DNA from: an uncultured Alphaproteobacteria bacterium
GTDB taxonomy: Bacteria > Pseudomonadota > Alphaproteobacteria > UBA3830 > CAYLKK01
Assembly: GCA_964566185.1 (NCBI GenBank)
Contig: CAZMHS010000003.1
Span: 1,208 to 65,207 of the forward strand
Direction: 5' to 3'
DNA length: 64,000 nucleotides
The notes beneath the pieces were generated by a model. That model searched no databases and had not been told where the DNA came from. It saw only the letters and a program-made list of their open reading frames with translations. Shown one piece after another: positions 57,862 through 64,000 of the stretch (its first letter is position 1; every line of letters begins with the position of its first letter). Both the position numbers and the translations under genes were made by a program.

Positions 57862-58953
57862 ATTTTTTACATTTATCATTTGAGCATTGTCCTGCAGACC
57901 TAGGAAGAATGTTCTGTCCGTTCCTGTCAAAAACACCTGGGTTTTCAGCTTTTTTAGTTCTTTACAAAATATATAACGTTTCGTATCATCAAGATGCACC
58001 ATTAAATCGTCTAATAGTAATATTGGAATTCCGCTTCTATATGATTCATATACCTTCAAAGATGCTAATATAAGAAGAATTAGCATACTCTTTTGCTCAC
58101 CAGATGAACAATTATCAGCGCTTATGTCCTTATTTTTTCCGACATACCAGTTCGTTCGATGTACTCCATATAACGTTGTTTCACGTAACCTATCGTCAGC
58201 CCTACTATTTTCTAGTAAAATTTTAGTTATATCTTTTTGTTCATTAAATTCACACTCACCGCAAATTGCTTGCTCAAAATCGCCTTCAAGATCTATATGC
58301 GGAAATAATAAGTGTGTATAGCATGTCGTAAATATACCGTTAATTAACTCGATAAATTTACGACGTTTCTCGTTAATTTTAATATATAGCTCAGCTATTT
58401 TATTCTCTATTGATTCTAGCCATATTTTATCAGGTTTATTTTGTAAAATATGCATACGCTCTTTTAATAATTTAGACACATGCCTTATTCTAAATTTATG
58501 ATGAGGATCAATCCCTTCGACAAGATGATCGAAGAATTTTCTCTTTACTTGACTCTGTTCACACAAAATACGATCTATCTGTGGTGTAATCCATAATAAC
58601 CATAGTATTTCTTCAAATTTTGTTAAAGATTGCATTATCGATCCATCGATCTTACACACTCTAGCATCATTTGCAACGCATGTACTTAGCGATGTAATGC
58701 TATTATTTAAGCAAACATCAGCATCTACGCTCCATTTCGATAATAGATTACAACTATTAAATCGCAGCTCGCTAAGACTTGCCTTTCTCAAACCGCGCGT
58801 TGCTGAAAACATTGAAATTGCTTCTAAAATATTTGTCTTACCTGCCCCATTATCTCCATAAAGTACGACAAAACTAGACGAAATTGGTAAATCTAAGAAA
58901 CGATAAGAACGAAAATTATACAATGAAAGGTTTGTTAACCCATTGAAGCTCAT
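57844..58953 (-). CDS. recF: DNA replication and repair protein RecF
   Basis: Walker A GDNGAGKTN, signature-like SSGEQKS, Walker B ILLLDD. ATGA overlap with dnaN. Confidence 0.9.
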   Translation of the reverse strand: MSFNGLTNLSLYNFRSYRFLDLPISSSFVVLYGDNGAGKTNILEAISMFSATRGLRKASLSELRFNSCNLLSKWSVDADVCLNNSITSLSTCVANDARVCKIDGSIMQSLTKFEEILWLLWITPQIDRILCEQSQVKRKFFDHLVEGIDPHHKFRIRHVSKLLKERMHILQNKPDKIWLESIENKIAELYIKINEKRRKFIELINGIFTTCYTHLLFPHIDLEGDFEQAICGECEFNEQKDITKILLENSRADDRLRETTLYGVHRTNWYVGKNKDISADNCSSGEQKSMLILLILASLKVYESYRSGIPILLLDDLMVHLDDTKRYIFCKELKKLKTQVFLTGTDRTFFLGLQDNAQMINVKNSICFR

Positions 58954-60062
58954 ATTCTCATTGGCATTATAACAAATTTTGCTGAAGAATCATCACTTGG
59001 TAATATCAATATTGAAGACAATTTACTTGAAAAAAATATCTTCAATTTTTCACTTGAAACAGCCTCTGAAACATCTATTAAATACCTTGCGTTAAAACAC
59101 GCATCCCAATTATCATCGCAATTTTTTTCTATAATGATTTCGTCCTTTCCTATGCCACCATTCATAGCATTTATTGCAGAAATGCATATTTTATTATCTT
59201 TTACTTCTAATTTTACAGTTTTCGATTTATCGTCTGAAATTACAGACACCCTATCTATACTAGCAAGAAACGCCTTTCTGTTAATGGTAAAAAATTTATC
59301 TGTCATCTGCGGAATTACAGCTGAATAATTTGGGAATGTTCCATCAACTAATCTTGCTGTCAAAGTAACATTTCCTGCTTGAAACTGTACCTTGTTTGCA
59401 TTCGTTGATATAACAACTGGCGAATCAATTTCGTCAAGTAACTTCCTTAATTCTAGTATCGTCTTACGCGAATAAATTCCTGTTGAAATTTCACAATTCT
59501 CAACAGCACACGATGATACAGCCAACCTATGACCGTCCGTTGCAGCAGATATTAATGATGTCTTTTCATCGTTAGTGTGTATATAAAGACCATTTAGATT
59601 AAACCTTGTTTCTTCAACTGCCATAGCAAATTTTGTTACATCAATCAAGCTTTTCAATTCGCTTGGAGATATCGAAAATGACGACGTTGCAGTAAAGTCA
59701 TCTAAAGATGGATACTCGGACGCGTCAATAGTTTGCAATTCAAACCTAGACAACTCAGACTCTATTACCATCTTTTTTCCGCGATCTGTTAAGTACATAA
59801 CGAGCTGCGTGTTTTCAGAAAATTTCCTAATTATATCAAATAACATTTGTCCGTTTATTGCAACAGATCCATACGTCTCTACCTGAGCTGCTATGCTCTC
59901 TGAAAACGAGTGATCCAAATCTGTCGCCTTAACAGTTATTTTCTCACTCTCAAACGTCAGTAGCAGATGCGACAGAACAGGAATTGCCGGTTTCTTATCT
60001 ACGATACCAATCCCATGCGATATAACAGAAAATAATGCCTTTCTAGAAACAGTAGCTCTCAT
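58950..60062 (-). CDS. dnaN: DNA polymerase III beta sliding clamp
   Basis: 370 aa with three-domain clamp length and pattern. dnaN-recF order. Confidence 0.9.
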   Translation of the reverse strand: MRATVSRKALFSVISHGIGIVDKKPAIPVLSHLLLTFESEKITVKATDLDHSFSESIAAQVETYGSVAINGQMLFDIIRKFSENTQLVMYLTDRGKKMVIESELSRFELQTIDASEYPSLDDFTATSSFSISPSELKSLIDVTKFAMAVEETRFNLNGLYIHTNDEKTSLISAATDGHRLAVSSCAVENCEISTGIYSRKTILELRKLLDEIDSPVVISTNANKVQFQAGNVTLTARLVDGTFPNYSAVIPQMTDKFFTINRKAFLASIDRVSVISDDKSKTVKLEVKDNKICISAINAMNGGIGKDEIIIEKNCDDNWDACFNARYLIDVSEAVSSEKLKIFFSSKLSSILILPSDDSSAKFVIMPMRI

Positions 60063-60077
60063 TTTTATTTTCTCCTT

Positions 60078-61691
60078 TTAAAAATCTATGTCAGGTATCT
60101 CTCTACTATCTGATTTCATCAACTTTTCATTTACCTTCACACCTAATTGCTGTTTCTTGAACATTTTCAGTTGATGAAACAACTCGCTCGTGCAGTTGTC
60201 GTATGTGCGAGAACTAATTTGCGCTATTTTTTCTTTATCAGCATTCTTTTCTGCATATACATTAATTACTTCGAATAAGATTACACCATCATCTGCAGCA
60301 ATAGTGCCAGCATGAAGAACAGGAGTAGCAAAAACAGCGTCTATCAACTCTTTTGTTACAAACTTCTTGTCTTTAAATTTTTTATCATCGATCTTATCAA
60401 ATCTACCTATATTACCAAGTGAATACAGCTTATAATTTGATTTTTCAGCTATGTAATCAATTATCACTCCAGAATCGATTTCACTAACATAAGCTTTCGC
60501 ACGCTCAACCGCAGCTTCTTTTTGTTTATGCTTTAAGTACATGTTCGTTACATCACTCTTAACAGCAGAAAACGGTTGTGGATGCTGAGGCGTTATTTTT
60601 GTATTTTTCACCAACCAATATACCTTTTTATTTTGTCGATCCCGACCCTCAACAAACGTACTCTCACTATTTAACTCAAGAGCAAACGCCGTCTTCAACA
60701 CGGCATCCATAAACGGAAGTGAAGTTGTACTTCCTGAAGGAACTGTGTAATTCCTGTTTATTCCAACGAAATCTGACTGTTTTATAGAATATTTCTTCAC
60801 TATATTTTGCACCGAATCTCCAGCAGCGAAATCATCCTCTATATCGCGTATTAACTTACTTACTTTTTCTGACAGTGCAGAATCTGCAAGATAGCTTCGT
60901 ATTTCATCGCGTTTCGTTGATATATCCGCCTCTTCAGATCTTGCTTTGTACTCAGACATAATTTCTTCATCTGAAATATTTATGTCCTTTTTCAACTCTT
61001 CTTCATCTATTATCAACACGGCGAAATCACGAGTTTCATCAACCATGAATTTACTTGTATTGGCATTATAAAATTCTTCTAAATCATCATCATTATATTG
61101 AACCTGGGCAAAAGCTTCATACGGTATATATACATATCTTGCATCACGACGCGAAAAAAAAGCTTGCAAAAAAACAGATATAGGAAACTTCGGCTTATAA
61201 GCCCTCAACGCAACTCCCAAGATCGAATGTTTTATATTATCTCGCAAGTACTCTACGAATTCTGACTCGCTCATCTTCGCGTTCATCATAACACTTCTCA
61301 CGATGCGCTTATCGAATTCGCCTTTCTCATTACGAAAAGCAGGAATACTATACATGTACATTTTCACAAGATCGTTATCTACAGAAATGCCATATGCAGC
61401 CATCAACTGTTTTGTCAATTCATCATCTATCATCCTGTGCATAGTCATGTTAACAACAGCATCTTCATTCTCAACGCCAATCTTTCTTAAACGTTCTGCG
61501 GTACGCCTTGCCTCAAACTTAAACAAGTTGGGCCCAATTTTCACATCTCCTACCTTTACTACATAATCATTTCCGGTTATCTTATTTATCACATCAGACA
61601 TACCAAAAAAGAACAAAAAAGTACAAGCGACTAGGCACAGCCCCGCTTTTATCCACACAGAATTTGCATTTTTTCTAATAAAGCCCAACAT
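60078..61691 (-). CDS. ppiD: Periplasmic chaperone PpiD-like (SurA-N / parvulin-like) protein
   Basis: N-terminal membrane anchor (WIKAGLCLVACTFLFFF), then a SurA_N-like region. 537 aa. I saw no clear rotamase signature. Confidence 0.7.
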   Translation of the reverse strand: MLGFIRKNANSVWIKAGLCLVACTFLFFFGMSDVINKITGNDYVVKVGDVKIGPNLFKFEARRTAERLRKIGVENEDAVVNMTMHRMIDDELTKQLMAAYGISVDNDLVKMYMYSIPAFRNEKGEFDKRIVRSVMMNAKMSESEFVEYLRDNIKHSILGVALRAYKPKFPISVFLQAFFSRRDARYVYIPYEAFAQVQYNDDDLEEFYNANTSKFMVDETRDFAVLIIDEEELKKDINISDEEIMSEYKARSEEADISTKRDEIRSYLADSALSEKVSKLIRDIEDDFAAGDSVQNIVKKYSIKQSDFVGINRNYTVPSGSTTSLPFMDAVLKTAFALELNSESTFVEGRDRQNKKVYWLVKNTKITPQHPQPFSAVKSDVTNMYLKHKQKEAAVERAKAYVSEIDSGVIIDYIAEKSNYKLYSLGNIGRFDKIDDKKFKDKKFVTKELIDAVFATPVLHAGTIAADDGVILFEVINVYAEKNADKEKIAQISSRTYDNCTSELFHQLKMFKKQQLGVKVNEKLMKSDSREIPDIDF

Positions 61692-61770
61692 AAATATAGT
61701 TCCTTAAACTTTTTTTAGTATAACATATGTTATAAATTATGTCAGTAGTTAATTATGAGGACGTTTCGAG

Positions 61771-62502
61771 ATGAAATTTGTGTGTGGTAATTTTAAGATG
61801 AATGGTAGCCTATCAAGCATACTAACTTATACCAATACGTTAAATACGCTAGATTCCAACGTATTGAAAAATGTATGCGTTTGCTTTCCAACACCTTTTT
61901 TATTAGCAGCAAAAAATGCTTTATTTTCTCTTGGTGGACAGAACTGTCACCAACTTAAAGATGGCGCATATACCGGAGAAACGAGCGCCAAAATGCTTGC
62001 TGATTGCGGATGCAAATACGTGCTAGTAGGACACTCAGAGCGAAGAAAATACAATAGCGAAGACGATAAAACAATTTACATGAAAGCTATAGAAGCGCAC
62101 AACGCAAAGTTAACTCCAATCGTATGCATTGGAGAGAACGAATCGCAAATAGATAAAAAATACGATGTTCTAAGAAGACAGATTATGGAGTTTAATCCAA
62201 AAGTGTATTCTGAAGAAAATTTCTCAAGTATCATGTTTGCATACGAACCTGTTTGGGCCATAGGCACAGGACGCGCCGCGACATTGCAAGAAATACACTC
62301 TACGTGTGAATTTATATCTGAAACTCTAATAAAAATTTTTGGAAATAAAATTCCTGTATTGTACGGTGGTTCAGTATCTCCAAAGAATGCTGAGTCGATT
62401 CTAGAAATCAAAACCATAGACGGAGTACTAGTCGGAGGTAACTGCTTAGCTGTAGATAAATTTGAAGAAATTATCAATGTATCCGCAAGAATGGACGCTT
62501 GA
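61771..62502 (+). CDS. tpiA: Triosephosphate isomerase
   Basis: GNFKMNG, VGHSERR, AYEPVWAIGTG, YGGSV. Confidence 0.93.
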   Translation: MKFVCGNFKMNGSLSSILTYTNTLNTLDSNVLKNVCVCFPTPFLLAAKNALFSLGGQNCHQLKDGAYTGETSAKMLADCGCKYVLVGHSERRKYNSEDDKTIYMKAIEAHNAKLTPIVCIGENESQIDKKYDVLRRQIMEFNPKVYSEENFSSIMFAYEPVWAIGTGRAATLQEIHSTCEFISETLIKIFGNKIPVLYGGSVSPKNAESILEIKTIDGVLVGGNCLAVDKFEEIINVSARMDA

Positions 62503-62534
62503 GCATTTTTATGTAATTAACGATCACAAAAGTG

Positions 62535-62563
62535 TTGACTTTTGTTTTGTTTCGATGTACACT
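62535..62563 (+). promoter_or_regulatory. Candidate promoter for tRNA-Asp
   Basis: -35 TTGACT (62535-62540), 17-nt spacer, -10 TACACT (62558-62563). The mature tRNA 5' end is 12 nt downstream. Confidence 0.45.
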
Positions 62564-62574
62564 TGATAAGTGTT

Positions 62575-62651
62575 GGGGGTGTAGCTCAGATGGTTAGAGC
62601 GTCGGCTTGTCACGCCGAAGGTCGCGAGTTCGAGCCTCGTCACTCCCGCCA
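62575..62651 (+). tRNA. tRNA-Asp (anticodon GUC), CCA encoded
   Basis: Hand-folded: acceptor GGGGGTG/CACTCCC (one G-U), D-arm GCTC..GAGC, anticodon stem TCGGC/GCCGA with loop TTGTCAC, T-loop TTCGAGC. 77 nt. Confidence 0.9.
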
Positions 62652-62769
62652 TCTTTTGTTTTTCTGTGCAGAATTCGTCCTTTCCATGATGTTATGTAGA
62701 GTTGAAGTCGGTTGGGGGTCTTTTGCCTTCAGATATTAAAGTGCTATTTGGTTAAATTCGGAGGAAGGC

Positions 62770-63168
62770 ATGTATATACTTAACACAGAGCGTGATACTA
62801 TGGCGTTCGCAGAGTCTATAGCAGAGAAGTCTGTTATAGGCGATTGTTATGCGTTGCACGGTGATTTGGGTGTGGGAAAGAGCACATTTGTGAGATATGT
62901 GATAAAATACTACGATCATAGCATCAAAGACATACCAAGCCCTACTTTTTCGATCATTCAATATTATGATTCGTGCCGTGTACTGCATGCTGATTGTTAT
63001 AGACTCGAAAGTGCTGAAGACGTAATTGATACAGGTTTGCTTGGAGATATTCCTTATTTTGTATCGTTCATCGAATGGCCAGATGTGATCCAAGAGTATC
63101 TTCCGTCAAGTACGCAACATATCTATTTTTCATATTCTAACAATGGAAGAATTGCAAAAATAACATGA
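62770..63168 (+). CDS. tsaE: tRNA t6A37 biosynthesis ATPase TsaE
   Basis: 132 aa. P-loop GDLGVGKSTF, SPTFSI, HADCYRL, EWP. SD GGAGGAAGG. Confidence 0.9.
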   Translation: MYILNTERDTMAFAESIAEKSVIGDCYALHGDLGVGKSTFVRYVIKYYDHSIKDIPSPTFSIIQYYDSCRVLHADCYRLESAEDVIDTGLLGDIPYFVSFIEWPDVIQEYLPSSTQHIYFSYSNNGRIAKIT

Positions 63169-64000
63169 TCGTTGTTTCAGCACATGAGGATTTTTTAAAC
63201 AATGTTGCTGAAATAGTTGTTGATGTTATAGAAAAACTTATTGATCCGTTAGAAGCAGCGAACGTACGGGTTTTTCTTCCCAATAATAGAAGCTGCAGAA
63301 TACTAAAAGGTATTCTAGTAAAGCGCAACTGCGTAAACATCTTACCAAAGTTTGTCGTACCTATCGATGAGAAATCTGCCGCTGACAGTATAGCAGGAAT
63401 ATACGACGTATTTCAGTGTTTGGATGTTAATTGTACAAATATAGCAAAGTTCGAACTAGCTGCAAGCATATTTAACGAGGTGCAAAATGTAATATATGAA
63501 AAAATTTCAATAGATGAAGCTATAAATAAAATTGCAAATAACAACATGATTAAACTATTTCTAAAATCGTTTAATGCGGCAGCACATCACGTAAAAACTG
63601 CACAAGTATCATGTTGTACTGATTATGTAAAATATTCGAATGTTCCGTTTATTTGTGCAGGATTTAGTTATTCGCACACTTATGTTTTAGATTTCCTAAA
63701 AACAGCGAATGAAAATAAATGCGGAATTTTGGTGTTCCAGCAGCAAATAGACCATCATCACTTATTCTCAAAATTAATGTCATACATTGGAGAGAATAAA
63801 TGTTTTCAGAATAATGACACGAAGTGCGATCCTTCAATGGTTGCGACTATTTGCGCAAATACGTTGTTAGATGAAGCGAAAACAATAGCGACAATCATTC
63901 GATCTCATATCGGTAAGAGTATTACTGTTGTTTATACCGATAAACAGCTTATGCATACCGTAAAAGCTTATGCAAAAAAATGGAATATTAACATTGATGA
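63165..64000 (+). CDS. addB: AddB-like double-strand break repair protein (alphaproteobacterial type), N-terminal part; runs off the right edge
   Basis: Not in the track because there is no stop in the window. ATGA overlap with tsaE. My translation MIVVSAHEDFLNNVAEIVVDVIEKLIDPLEAANVRVFLPNNRSCRIL... fits the AddB N-terminal pattern (DP..l....v.lPn.R..r.l). The tsaE-addB synteny is typical of alphaproteobacteria. Confidence 0.55.
   Translation, partial: MIVVSAHEDFLNNVAEIVVDVIEKLIDPLEAANVRVFLPNNRSCRILKGILVKRNCVNILPKFVVPIDEKSAADSIAGIYDVFQCLDVNCTNIAKFELAASIFNEVQNVIYEKISIDEAINKIANNNMIKLFLKSFNAAAHHVKTAQVSCCTDYVKYSNVPFICAGFSYSHTYVLDFLKTANENKCGILVFQQQIDHHHLFSKLMSYIGENKCFQNNDTKCDPSMVATICANTLLDEAKTIATIIRSHIGKSITVVYTDKQLMHTVKAYAKKWNINID

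Noticed and set aside
61649-61657. A perfect DnaA-box consensus TTATCCACA near dnaN-recF, which could hint at a replication origin.
   Set aside because: It is a single box inside the ppiD coding region. One perfect 9-mer is about what chance gives in 2 x 64 kb. I found no cluster of boxes, no adjacent AT-rich unwinding element and no dnaA gene.
61719-61734. A perfect 16-bp palindrome TATAACATATGTTATA in the ppiD/tpiA divergent spacer, which could be an operator.
   Set aside because: It is composed almost entirely of A/T. By my rough estimate, about one such palindrome is expected by chance in the AT-rich intergenic fraction of this window. I found no second copy and no regulator gene adjacent.
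62572-62719. A 9-nt direct repeat GTTGGGGGT at the 5' end of tRNA-Asp (62572-62580) and again at 62711-62719, which could be an att-site scar of an integrated element.
   Set aside because: Integrative elements duplicate the tRNA 3' end, not the 5' end. The repeat is only 9 nt, the 130 bp between the copies contain no genes, and no integrase is nearby.
62542-62739. A 65-aa track ORF.
   Set aside because: It reads straight through tRNA-Asp (62575-62651), and its translation is simply the tRNA sequence in frame.

Overview
This 64-kb window is a gene-dense, low-GC piece of a reduced alphaproteobacterial chromosome. The gene content looks Rickettsiales- or Holosporales-like: a GapR-like DUF2312 protein, Ros/MucR, tsaE followed by an alpha-type addB, a K+-independent H+-pyrophosphatase and a compact isc operon. 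This placement is inference only. I call 56 protein-coding genes and 2 tRNAs (Thr-CGU, Asp-GUC), plus a few sigma70-like promoters, one clear intrinsic terminator and one weaker stem-loop. Four CDS are missing from the supplied ORF track: an MsbA-like ABC exporter (1-1603) and an addB-like gene (63165-64000), both cut by the window edges, a 56-aa 2[4Fe-4S] ferredoxin (7800-7970) and a 58-aa putative lipoprotein (47777-47953). Many track ORFs start at TTG or GTG upstream of a better ATG, so I trimmed those starts. I saw no rRNA, CRISPR array, IS element or transposase, integrase, phage gene or recognisable defence system. Most of the window is ordinary housekeeping: translation, replication and repair, Fe-S assembly and central metabolism. 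The parts worth a second look are a handful of non-core genes and some odd variants of core genes. They are a Sec-signal 794-aa class-3 lipase; a full-length CapD/PglF/WbpM-like membrane protein that has lost its cofactor and catalytic motifs; an islet of two orphan exported proteins between hppA and an RND pump; two Cys-rich putative lipoproteins co-transcribed with lspA; an isc operon with a lid-less HscA, an IscA carrying a C-terminal CxxCxxCxxxC tail and no fdx or iscR; and a Ros/MucR variant lacking two zinc ligands next to a very AT-rich divergent region. All family assignments come from reading motifs by eye. No database search was run.
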